Below, one piece after another: positions 23,598-34,430 of a DNA stretch of 60,000 bases. The translations under genes and the position numbers were made by a program. Location: the NCBI GenBank assembly GCA_013265495.1, contig MU057809.1, positions 1,293,062 to 1,353,061 on the forward strand, read 5' to 3'. A model generated the notes under the pieces. That model ran no database searches, was not told the DNA's origin, and was given only the letters and a program-made list of their open reading frames with translations. The first letter of the stretch is position 1. Every line of letters begins with the position of its first letter. This stretch comes from Vicugna vicugna (lineage: Eukaryota).

Positions 23598-24641
23598 CAG
23601 CTTGTGGCCGAAACCCTGTCCCCGGGCACCCCTGGTATCCAAAGGGCCTGGGGAACCCTGTTGTGCTGCCCTGTCCTCGGCATTTGAGGCTCCCCCAGGG
23701 CCGTGCCTGTGTGTGTACTGTGTGCCCCTCCGTGTAGCAGACTGCTGGGCGGCTCTGCGCCGCCGAGGAGCAGGCAAAGTGCCACCTGTCCGTTTTCCCC
23801 TGCTCTGCCGGGTAGCGGCTCCGGGCCCACGTCCCAGAAGGACTTTTACGTCAGGGGTCACTCTGAGGGTGGTTTTCTTATTACTCTGAGGTCTTTGGGC
23901 AGCGTGGGGCCCGGAGGCCACTCTGCAGCGCTGTGCAGGGCCCTTCCCTCCTAGGCAGGCCCTGAGCGGGGGACACCTGCACCCTGGGATCCCGCTCCTG
24001 CCTCGGAGCCCCCAGGACGGCTCACGCTGGGTCCCCCTGCTGAGCTCTGGCCTGGGCCCTGAGGGTCATCTTCATCATAATGGCAGCCCCAGTGGCCTAG
24101 CGGCGGGGGAGGTGTAGCGCCCCCGGGGAAGGGGACGACCCAGCCCTCTCAGCCGTCTTCCCTTTGTGATGGGGAGCCAGCTGAGCATTTTATCTCCTCT
24201 CTGAAGTAGAGAGAAAGTCGCCCATACTGGGTGTGTCTGTAAATATTGTGACAGTATTTTTCACTGTGCTTGTTTTTCAAAGTGGGGGGTAAAAGGTAGG
24301 GTGTTTTTGACCTTTCTTCTGGGGGGAGGTGGGGAAGGCTGTTATTTTTATCTTTTCTGTGGATCAGAAAAAGCAGAAGCCAAACTTGGGACATCTTTGC
24401 TGTTAAAGCTGATGGAAATGTCTGACACTCTGTGTATTTATATGTCGTGGGATCTGGCCTCTCCCCGCCCACCTCCCGCACAGAACCTGTCTCCCACCAG
24501 CCTAGCTCTGCGCACCTGGCCAGTGGGGCATGTTTTGTCTTCTGTTTTTCTTTCTGCAAAGACATAGCTAGGAAAGTGAATGATAAGGGAAAAGTTCTCA
24601 GGGAATTGAAGTGTGTTGCTATGGTGACGTCCTTTGCTGTG

Positions 24642-24647
24642 AATAAA
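24642..24647 (+). terminator. LFNG: LFNG polyadenylation signal AATAAA (3'UTR ~23598-24665)
   Basis: AATAAA about 1.05 kb after the stop, at the end of a U/GU-rich 3'UTR block. Confidence 0.8.
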
Positions 24648-26081
24648 GATGCTCTTTGGGGCACCCCTTGGCTGGAAGTTGCCCTGAGCTGCAGGTCGGT
24701 GGGAGGTGGACCCAGCTGGGCTGGGGGCTTGCTGGGTGGAGACCCCCAGGCCGGCTATTGCAGGAAGGTCTCTTGTGGCCAGGCCAGGGCTCCTGCCTAG
24801 GAGTGGGAGGCGTTCTGAGCCTGCAGGTCTTAATCAACGGGCAGCCCTGAGGCTCTGCAGCCCTGGCCTGGGCCAGCCTGGCCCTGGACAGCTGCCAGGG
24901 AGTCCAGCTCTCTCTGCGGGAGGACGGGGGCTGGCTGTGGCCTGGCCAGGGACCTCCTTACCCGGCTTCATCCCTGTCACGGGCACGCAGACGGCACATT
25001 GTTGCCCCCTTGTGCAGATGGGGAAACAGGCTCAGAGCAAGTGATGCCCAAGGTCAGGTAGCTGGGCTGGTAAAGAGCTCACACTCTGAGGCCAGCTGTC
25101 CCCCACTGCCCATGCTGCTGGCCCTGGACTGGCCCCAGGATTCTGGGCCAGGACTCGCCCTGCACTGCTTTTCTGCAGAAAGCAGCTCCTCGGCTCTTCC
25201 TCAGATCAAGCCTGTGTGATGGCAGGAGTGGGGAGGGGCTGCTCTGGCCTCAGCTGGGGAGTCCCCCTCTGCACCCCTCCCTGGTCTGGGGCAGCCCTCA
25301 CTTCCTCTTCCTCAGACTGAGCCCAGCTGCCCCTGCGGCTGCACAGTCCCTGTGACCTCACCCCCCACTGCCCCAAGCTTGGCCCTATCAGCACATCAGA
25401 AAGCAGACACAGTGGTTGGAAGGGTGCCTCCCTTCCGGTCCCTGATCTGGAGGCCAAATGCCAGCCCCACCCCCACAGGACCCAGGCTCACACATGCACC
25501 ACCCCCAGGGAGAGCCCCTTCCTCATCCCTGGGGCCTGCCCTGGCCTGGGGGGGGACTGGCTGGGGCCTGACTGAATCAGCAGTGTGGTTTGGACAGTGA
25601 CTGCGCCAGTGGGAGGGAAGGAGGGCCCCTCACCATTACACAGCCTCACCCCTATCTGGGAGACACCCCCAGCCTCACCTCAGCATCCACTGAGTGCCAG
25701 CTGGGTAGGGACACATGGGGGGGTAGGGGGTGTCAGCGGAACTGCTGCCTCCTGCGGGCAGAGGCCCTGGGCCCCCTTCCTGCTGTGTGAGTCAGAGGAG
25801 CCTCTGACCTGGCCGAGTGTAGACCCAGGGCCCCAGCTGCGCTGGCATCACCTCCCCACAGAGCTGGCGGGGCCCGGAGGCCCCTGCCGGGGCGGGGAGA
25901 CTCCACTGGCAGGTCATAGCTGGTCTGAGCTGCCCCATGGGGTGGGGCGCTGAGCAGGGAGGGCAGAGGAGACCAGGTTGGTGGGGGGAGCCTTGACTTC
26001 AGTCCGAGAAAGGGGGACACCCTGGTGCTCTGGGCCTGGGAGGGGTCACAGAGGGGCACAGGCCAGCAGCATCCTGGCCCC

Positions 26082-26171
26082 TTTTTTTTTAAATCAAGGT
26101 GCTGGGGACTGAACCCAGGACCTTGTGCATGCTAAGCACATGCTCTACCACTGAGCTGTACCCGCCTCCCC
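26082..26171 (-). mobile_element. tRNA-derived SINE (short copy of the same family)
   Basis: gctggggactgaacccaggaccttgtgcatgctaagcacatgctctaccactgagct preceded by poly-T. Confidence 0.75.
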
Positions 26172-27315
26172 TTTCCTCTTAAATGAGAAGCTGAGGGAGG
26201 AGGGAAGTTCCCCTTCCTCAGAAGGGGAAGCAGGTCCATGAGGCCTTCCAGGAACCGGGCAGCCTGACTTCTCCCATCTGCTGCCCTCAGGGTGTGAGGC
26301 GGGCTCCCCCTTCTCCCAGGAGACGAGTCACAGATGCCCCCTTCCCCGAGGCACAACTGGGGGCAGCAGTGTCCCACCCCCAGGTGGCATCGTTGCCCCT
26401 CACCCACGCACTCGGCCAGTGGTCAGTTGGAGAGGTCCTGGCTGGCTCAGGCGGCTCCACACCCCGCAGCCCAGCCCAGCCTGGCCCTCCCAAACGGCTG
26501 GTCACTTGCAGGCTTCCAAAAATAAAGAGTAAAACCGCAACCACTGGGGCTGCTGGGTGCTCCCCCAACCCCTGGCTTCCGTGCAGCCAGAGCAGAGGCT
26601 GAGCCAGGTCTTGGAGGGGCTGAGAGGTGCCAGGGTGGGCCCCTTCCTGCTCAGTTTAAACCAGCTTCCCTTTACCTGGGCTGGAGCAGGGACACCCTGC
26701 AGCAGCAGAGTGGGGAGAGGAAGGTGTTCCCAGTCTCACCACAGCCTGGGTGAAGGGCAGACAGGGGACCAGCCAGGATGCCTGGAGGGCTGGGAGGGAG
26801 GGTGGGATGTGGTCGGGTCTCCAGGACCCTCCTCCACCCAGCCCAACCACCAGCAGGCAACCAGGGCTTTTCATAAAGCTCCATCCAAGGTTCGAGGTTT
26901 GAGAGGCCCGACCCTGCTGGTGGCTTCAGCCAGTCCTGCCTTCTCTGGGCCTGGGATCAGAGGGCACGGGAGGTGGGGGACCAGAGCCAGCCCCATCTTT
27001 TTGTCTGTCAGACCAGTTGACCAGTCCTGCTGCCACCCCAGGCCCAGGTGCCCAGGCCCGGCCTCACCACGTGTTCCTGGATGTGACCCCTTCCCCAGGT
27101 CCTTTCTGAGCCCAGGGCTGGACACACAGAAGGCACTTGGCCCATGGCTAGGCGTGGACCCAGGGACGGAGGAGCTCCTCGTCCTGACCCCTGGAGGCTG
27201 CCCACATTATGCAGCCATGCTGAATGCGGGGTCTCGGAGCTGTGGCTGCTTTCCCCCATGCCTGCCCAGGCCTCAGGGACAAACCCCTCACCATGTATAA
27301 CCCACCATAGTCCTT

Positions 27316-27334
27316 GGGCGCCACCTGGTGGCCA
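27316..27334 (-). promoter_or_regulatory. CTCF motif (reverse orientation)
   Basis: Minus strand reads TGGCCACCAGGTGGCGCCC, a near-consensus CTCF core. Confidence 0.7.
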
Positions 27335-27729
27335 GAGCCGGTAGTTTCTCCCACGCCGAATCCACCTTTCCCAGGACCCCACCCTGATCTAGGGTGGAGC
27401 CCCCGAGTGGCAAGCAGGAGACCCCATCTCTGCAGCTCCTTGCTTGCTTTTAAAAGTTCACATCACGAATCTTTTGTTATTACCCATATTTGCTGTATTA
27501 CCAATGTTTGGAATCTACTGGTTATGACCAATACTTGGTTCATGCAGCACATGCGATGTCAAGAGGCAAGCTTGAGCCAGCTGCTGCAGGCCACCCCTGC
27601 CGCCATCCTGCCCCCTCGCTCTGGCGTGGGGCTGGCTGCTGCATCTCCTCGCAGCCCATCCTGGTGGAATCCCCAGATCCTCCACCTCAGCCAAGTGACC
27701 GCTCATTCCTGCTTGATCGCGGTGGTCAC

Positions 27730-27850
27730 AGCTAAGCCCCAGACCAGCAGCCTGCGGTCACTGGGAACTTGCTGGGAATGCAGATTCCCGGGCCTGCCCA
27801 GCCCACTGGGAACTCCAGGTGGCTCCTCCAACAGTGTCCATTTGACCCTG
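27730..27850 (+). mobile_element. MER5-like hAT-Charlie fragment
   Basis: ccagaccagcagc...actgggaacttgctgggaatgcagattcccgggcc. Confidence 0.45.
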
Positions 27851-28659
27851 CCAAGTCTCGGCCTCTGAGGACCCAGCACCCCCTGCCGGGAATCTGCTGT
27901 CCTCACACCTCACTCCTCCTGGAGATTCTCCTGTGACCTGGTGCAGACCCTCCTCCTCTGCCCCCTCCCACCAAGTCAGCCTCTGCTGCCCCCACCCTGT
28001 GGGTGTCCACAGGCCCCCTGGTCCCAGGGAGACTTTGCCTCCTGGCTGACAACCACTCTGTCCCACACTGAGTGTCCTGAGTCTGTTCCTGGTGACTTGG
28101 CCTCTGAGACCCTTCCTACACCATTGGTGGCCCCTCCCCCAATACCCTGCCCCCTCCTTGATCCCCACCCATGGCCATTTCCCAGACCTTGCCCACCCCA
28201 TAGCAGCAGTGTCCCACTCTGCCTCCACCTCCTGTCTGTCCAGCTCACTCCCTCTGGTTTCCGGACTCCACTGGAGTCCGCAGATCCCGCACCCCTCAAG
28301 GACCTGTCCTCCCCTGGCTGAAATCCCAGGGTCTAGTCACAGCCTTGAAGTCACCTTCACCTCCCTTGGCCTCTCTCACTTCCACATCTTCTCTTGGCCA
28401 AGCCTGTAGTCTCTGACCTGCTGCGTCCAGCCCTCCGCCTGCTCACCACCCTCCCATACCTGAGCGGCCAGAGGGGCTGCTTCCCCACCTGGGGAGTCTC
28501 ACCTGAGTTCCAGACCATGCGTGTAAGGGGCCCTTGGGGGTTCCACTGTCCCTGGTCCCCTGGCTCTCCCACAGCCCCCCACCTCCTCTTCAGCCTTCTC
28601 GCGACTCCATGAGACCATCTGGCACCCCAGCCCCAGGCTACCCATGTGCTCTGAGCACT

Positions 28660-28678
28660 GGGCCGGCAGGGGGCGCTG
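28660..28678 (+). promoter_or_regulatory. CTCF motif (forward orientation)
   Basis: GGGCCGGCAGGGGGCGCTG, a near-consensus CTCF core. Confidence 0.65.
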
Positions 28679-28864
28679 AGCTCCTGTCTGTGGCCATCCC
28701 CTGCCCTGTGACCTACGTCTCAGCCCCACTTGGCAACTCAGCAACATCACTCCACCAATGGACTGTCCCCTCTTCCCTGCCGCAGCCACTTCTGTCCCCG
28801 AGACCATTCCTGCCAGCCTTTTCAACACGCTGTTATTTCCCCATGTTAAAACACACGGGCTCGT

Positions 28865-28970
28865 GGGGGAGTCTAGCTTAGCGGTAGACCTGGGTTCAAT
28901 CCCCAGCACCTCCGTTAAATAAATAAATACATAAAAACCTAATTACCTCCCCTCATCCCCAAAAAAGGAA
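28865..28970 (+). mobile_element. tRNA-derived SINE (same family, internal deletion)
   Basis: gcttagcggtaga..cctgggttcaatccccagcacctccgttaaataaataaat...aacctaattacctcccc...aaaaaa; aaacacac on both flanks (partial TSD). Confidence 0.75.
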
Positions 28971-28989
28971 ACACACATAGACTTCTCTG

Positions 28990-30010
28990 GGTCACTCCCA
29001 CCCACCAGCTGCTGCACCATTTTTCTACTTTGCAGCTAAACTCGAAAAAGGAGCTGTCCCCGTGCCAACTGGAGGGCTTCACCGGACCTGCCCCTGTCCA
29101 GTGTCATCCAGGTTCCCAGATCCACTGGTCACTGCCTAGTCCTCGTGGACCTGGCCACCAGCAGCATTTGACATGGTCCCTCACCCCTCCCCGAGACTGT
29201 CTTCATGCATCTCCCAGGATACCCACTGTCTTGGCTTTCTCTTGCCTCACTGGTCCCCCTTGCACCCCTCAGACCCCAGACCGGAAGCCCCCAACCTGAC
29301 CCTTGGCCCTGCTATCTCCTCTTCCGCCCCACTCCCTGGGGGACATCACCCAGGCTCATGGCTTTAAACAGTACAATGCCCAAGACTCCAGCAGACCATC
29401 CCCACCCAGTGCTCTCCCCAGAATCCCGCCATGCTCCAAACCTCCCCTGGGGTATCCAGTGAACACCTGGGGCTCAACATGTCCCAGACTGGACCTCCGA
29501 GCGCCCCTAGATCCCACCTCTATGACAACACAACTAGATCCAGACTGCACACCTCCACACAGTGTTCCAGGAAGTGCTCCTGGCATTACCTTCCAGGGCC
29601 CGATCCCTCTCACCGCTCCACGGCTGGCCACCACCCTGGCCTGCGCCGCCCTTGGCTCTCATCTGCATCACAGAAGTAGCCTCCTAGTAGTCTGCCACTT
29701 CGGACCTCGTCCTCTTCCCAACTCAGCAGCCAGGGCGATCCTTTAAAATGAATGTCAAGTCATGCCAGTCTGCTCAGACCCTCCATGGCTCCCATCTCCC
29801 TCAGAGTCGATGTCAAAGTCCTTACAAGGCCTATGAGCCCTTGGCAATCCCCCCAACCTTTACTTCATCTCCAGCCACTCTCCCCCTCCTCCCTCTACTC
29901 TGGTCACCTGCCCCTCCTAGCTTGACTACAAGAGGCATGTATCTGCCTCAGGGCCTTTGCACTGGCTGCTCTCCTGCCTGGAGCTCTCTTTCCTCAGATA
30001 TCCTCCAGAC
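28990..30010 (+). mobile_element. Decayed L2 LINE 3' region
   Basis: L2-typical cagcagccagggcgatcctttaaaa..gtca..ctgctcagaccctccatggctcccat...cctcagggcctttgcactggctg..cctgg. Confidence 0.7.
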
Positions 30011-30019
30011 TATCTTCCC

Positions 30020-30300
30020 ATGGGTGACAGAAAAATGGCTCCCAAAGATGTCCAAGTCCTACTCCCTGGAACCTGTGAATAGATCACCTTACATGGCAAA
30101 AGGGATTTTGTAGATGTGAGTAAATTAAGGAACTTGAGATCAACCTGGATTACCCAGGAAGGCCTGATGCAATCACAAAGGTCCTCATAGGGAGGAGGCA
30201 GGAGGGGCCAGGGTCCGAACAGAGGTCTGAAGGTGCTGCACTGCTGGCTCTGAAGTCAGAGCAGGGGCTTCGAGCTAAGGAATGTGCAGCCTCCAGACCC
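30020..30300 (+). mobile_element. MLT1-type MaLR LTR fragment
   Basis: aatggctcccaaagatgtcca..cctggaacctgtgaat...accttacatggcaaaaggga.tttg.agatgtga.taa.ttaagga.cttgagat. Confidence 0.75.
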
Positions 30301-30879
30301 AGCATGTCACTGTACCTGCCCTGCTACGCAGACAGGAAACTGAGGTCTGAGAGGGGCAGGGCGTGCCCGGAGCCTTTCCCTCATGGTCCTGGGCACTCAC
30401 TCCAAGCCTGAGGCTCTCTCACCTTTTTGGTGCAAAGGTCCCCAGTTCACTCTCCTCACCACATGGCAACATGCTGGGTGCTCAGCGGTGCCCCCTTCAG
30501 TGCACATGCATCCTGGGCTTCCTTCCCTAGAAGCCAGTCAAATCAACGCCCTGGACCGGGCTTCAGGCGTGTGCAGGAGGCAGCGGCTCCGCCCGGCTCC
30601 CCCGCACCAGCCCAGGTGCCCACCGTGCTGAGAGCAAGGAGCCCAGGTGCTAGCAATGCCACCGCAGCCCCGTGTCTTACAGCTCCCTAGCCCGCCTGTG
30701 CTCAGGGCACCGGCGACAAACGCTCTCAGGGAACGTGTGCCTCCTCCGACCCCACAGGTCCCAAGGGTCTCCCTGTGAGGGGGGTGGTATCCCTCCCGTC
30801 TCCTTAGGGTTATGAGCTGGGCTTTGCGGCCTCGGACAACAGGGCACCTTCCTGGGCCCGCTTCTCAGATGACGAGCGT

Positions 30880-31260
30880 GATCCCGGCCCGTCCCACCTG
30901 GGCGCAGCCCACTAGCGAGGACTCCAGGAAGGCCGGCGCGGGGCGAGGGGCGCCCGTGGACCGCCGGGGAGCCCGCCCGGGCGGGGCGGCCGGAAGGACG
31001 AGGAGTTGCCCCGGGGGCGCTCAGGAGGTGCTCCTTCTGGGGACACACCTCTCCCCCACGGCCTCTCTGCCCTCCACCCCCCGCCCGGGCCGGCGGCCAC
31101 CTCTCCCGGCGGCGGGAGGCGGGGCACGCGGCGCGGCGGCTCCAGCGCAGGCCCAGGCCGCAGGGAGGCGTGCGCGGCGGGGGAGCACCGCCCCCCGCGC
31201 CCGGCGCGTGGCCGCCCGGCCCACAGGGTTGGGCGCGAGCCAAGACAGCGGAGGAAGAGA
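30880..31260. promoter_or_regulatory. Orphan CpG island immediately beyond the TTYH3 3' end
   Basis: Very dense CpG, GC boxes and ETS-like CCGGAAG; no coding exon recognised. Confidence 0.6.
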
Positions 31261-31280
31261 GGCCTGTTTTTTAAAATGTG

Positions 31281-31286
31281 TTTACT
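31281..31286 (-). terminator. TTYH3: Probable TTYH3 distal poly(A) signal AGTAAA (3'UTR ~34355-31260)
   Basis: Minus strand reads ...ttttaaAGTAAAcacattttaaaaaacagg at the end of an AU-rich block about 3.1 kb after the stop. Confidence 0.55.
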
Positions 31287-34200
31287 TTAAAACATGAAAC
31301 CCAAGCTGAATAGAAACCACAGAAATTACATTGGCGAGATTTTTAGTATTTGCCAAGAAAAGTAAAGCCCCCAGAGAAATAAAAATCAAACCCCAAACCC
31401 CGTTAAAAAAAAAAAAAAAGACAGCGACAGCACACACAGCCGTGGCCCCACGGAGGTGGGAGGACGCCGAGCCTCAGGCTCCGCTCCCCGCCCCGGGTGC
31501 CAGCTCACCTTGGGGCGGGGCGGGCGCGAGGGCCGGGAGGGGAGTCTTAACAGAATTACTTCGAGAGAGATACTATACATAACAAATATAAAGTGGAGTG
31601 GCACTCAACCATTATGGTTAAACGAAAATGTCCCACACAAGAGGCCCTGCTTCCCACTCGTCCGGAGCTGAGCCGGGCTGCCGACCACACCCACCTCTCG
31701 GCGGTGCTGGGGCCCTGGGGTGCGGGTGGGGATGGAGCTGGGACTAGAATTGCATAGTGAGATGGGGTGGGTGTGGCTTGCTGGGGGGTAAGGGTCAAGT
31801 CTTCTGACGACCCCGCCGCACCAGGCGAAGGGAGGGTGGGGGCGGGCCCCTGCACAGGGAATCCCATCGCCAGCGGCCAGCTGGAGCCCCTTCGGCCCAT
31901 CTAGCCCAGCAGGGGCCCCGGGCCGCTCCCCCCACCCACGTGGTCAAGGACACCACCCCCCAGATGCTGCGGGCCCCGCGGGGAGCAAGGCGCACAGGTG
32001 AAGGGTGGGAGCTGACGTGGGGAGGTCACCCGAACAGGGCTCGTTAGGAAAGGGGGCCCGAAAACTTAAGAGCCTAAACAAAACCAACGGCGGAAGCAGT
32101 TCCCCTCCGGGGCTGAGGTTGGCCTTGCACCTTTTGATTGCCCCCCTTTTCCTTTATTCAGCCGCGGTGAGAAGGAGGAACCCGGTGGAGTCGCAGGCGG
32201 GCGGGCACACGCGCGGGACGCACGGGGGCCCGAGCGGCTCAGGTCCGCAGCGCCCGGCTCCTGAGCTGCGGGCGTTTCACATTTACGAGGCCTCGCGGGC
32301 CGGGCGGCCGTTTGTGCTTCTGAGCGATGGCAGAGCGCAGGGCGCCCCAACAACCACCGCCGGCAACTCCCACCTCGAGGCCCAGGCAGGAATGCCCCGC
32401 TGGGGTGGAGCCCAGAGGAAAACCGGGCAGGTGGGTTTCCGCCCCACACTGTGGGCGACCCAGAACAGTGAGGGCTTGGAGCCCGTCAATGAGGTTTGGC
32501 CACGTGCAAGGGCTCAGACGGGAGGCTGAGGGCCACAGGCCCACCTGGGACACCCCCATGTTTGCCCACTCACTCCTCTCCCCTCCCAGGGTGGAGGCCC
32601 CAGGATGGGGGTAGATATGGCCGGGCCCAAGCCCGCCCACCCTTTTGGTCCCAGACACCAGCACAAAGAAGGGATGACAGAGGAAAGGACGGTGGCCTCT
32701 CCCAGGCCACCCCAGGAGAGGGGCACGGCCCTGCTGCTCTGGGAGAAAGAGCCCCCGTGTCTGTAAACTGCTGGGCCAGTTCCCACCTGCCCCTGTGCGA
32801 CCCCAGCCTAGGCCCTCGTGTGGCTGCCAAGTGGCCCCCTGCTGCCTCTGGCGTGACAGATGCCAGAACCCACATTTGGCCCCTCCATTTCAGGCTGGCT
32901 GGGCAGGGCTGGGAGTGGCAGGGGACTTCCCGTCTTGATTTGAGGGTGTCCCCACCTTCCCACAGGAAACACAGCAAACATTGTACACTAAGCCAAAAGC
33001 ACCTTGGGGAAGCCTTGTTCCCACTTCACAGGTAGGAAGACCGAGGCCACAGGAACCTCGGTCCTACAGCCCAAGGGACATTCATTCCTGAGGACACGGT
33101 CCCCCTCAGGGCAGTGCCTGCCCAGAGAGTGGTCTCCAGGCCCTCGGGCTGCCTCTCAGTCTATGACACCTCCCAGCAGCACCCCAAGTCTCCAGCCTGA
33201 TTCCCATTGGGCTACCAGGGGCCTCATCTCCAGCCTGGACCTGGAGTCACACTCTCCAATTCTGGGTTGGCTGCGGCCCCAGAGACTGGAGTGAGGTTAG
33301 TGGTTAGTCCCAAGAAGGGTGGCAGGGGCCGAGGGCACATTCACAGCCAGCTTGGGTCCACCCCCAGGCCAGCTCTGGGACACTGTGCCTGTCCTGGAAA
33401 GGGAACAGAGAATGGGGCGCCGCTCGGCCCGCAGCCTCGCCTGCCCTAGAGATGACAAGTGTGGTTAGTGCAAAAAACGAACCAGAAGACGCCGCCAAGT
33501 CTCTGGGGTGGGGGAGGGGTTTTGGCACCAAGAAGGCGGCCAGCACTGGGCGAGCAGCCTGGGCTCAGCACGGCACCTGCTGTCTCCTGCCGCCACGGAG
33601 GGCTGGGTGCCATGGGCAGGGCAGGCGCTGAGGGGGAGAGCAAGGCTGGGAGAGAAGGCAAGAAAGTGGGGCCCTCCCAGGAGGCTTCAGGCAACTGACC
33701 AAAGAGGAGCCTGGGGCAGGGCGGGGTGGGCAAGAGAAGGAAGGGCTACGGATCCGCAGAGAGGCAAGTGGTCCCCACACACGTGGGAGCCAAGCAGGCA
33801 GGCGCCCGTGGCCTCCCTCGACGCCCAGCAGAGACTGACGCTGCGCTGCCTGTGAACCAAGAGGTGAGGTGCAGAGACGTGGTGGGGGCAGGAAAAGCAG
33901 CAGAGCTGTGGGAGGGCAGGGGCAGCCGGGCGCCAGCCCAGGAGACTACAGGGCTCCGTGGGGACGGCGTGCTGCAGACGGAGCGGCAGGGACAGCACCA
34001 GCACCACACACCTGGCCCAGAGCAGAGCTCTGCAAATCCCCAACTCCAGGGGGCTGAGGGGCATGGCGGCAGGGGCTGGAGGGCCCAGGTATTGGAGCAG
34101 CACCCCTCCGTGTCCAGGTGCGTGACCCTGGAGGAGAAGGTTTGGGCCCCTGGCCCCGTCTCCACCGGCAGGACTGAGCCAGGCATCTCCACGGCCCTGC

Positions 34201-34355
34201 AGGAAGGGGAGGAGGGGTCGAGTGGCCACAGAGGTGCCTGCAGCGGGCCTGGCGTACATGCGGAGGGTCCGGCAGGGGACCAGGGAGTAAGCAGCAAGGC
34301 TGGCACAGGGAGGAGCAGGGCGATTGGCACGTGGGGCGGGCGGCGGCCGGGCGGT

Positions 34356-34430
34356 CTAGTGCCCGCTGCTGCTGGGGTCCGGGCGAGGCTGGCTTGTGGC
34401 GAGGTACTTGGCTCTCATGCTGGAGGTGTA
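34356..34430 (-). CDS. TTYH3: TTYH3 exon 14 coding part (YTSSMRAKYLATSQPRPDPSSSGH*)
   Basis: ttccag|TAC...CACTAG stop. Confidence 0.95.
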   Translation of the reverse strand, partial: YTSSMRAKYLATSQPRPDPSSSGH

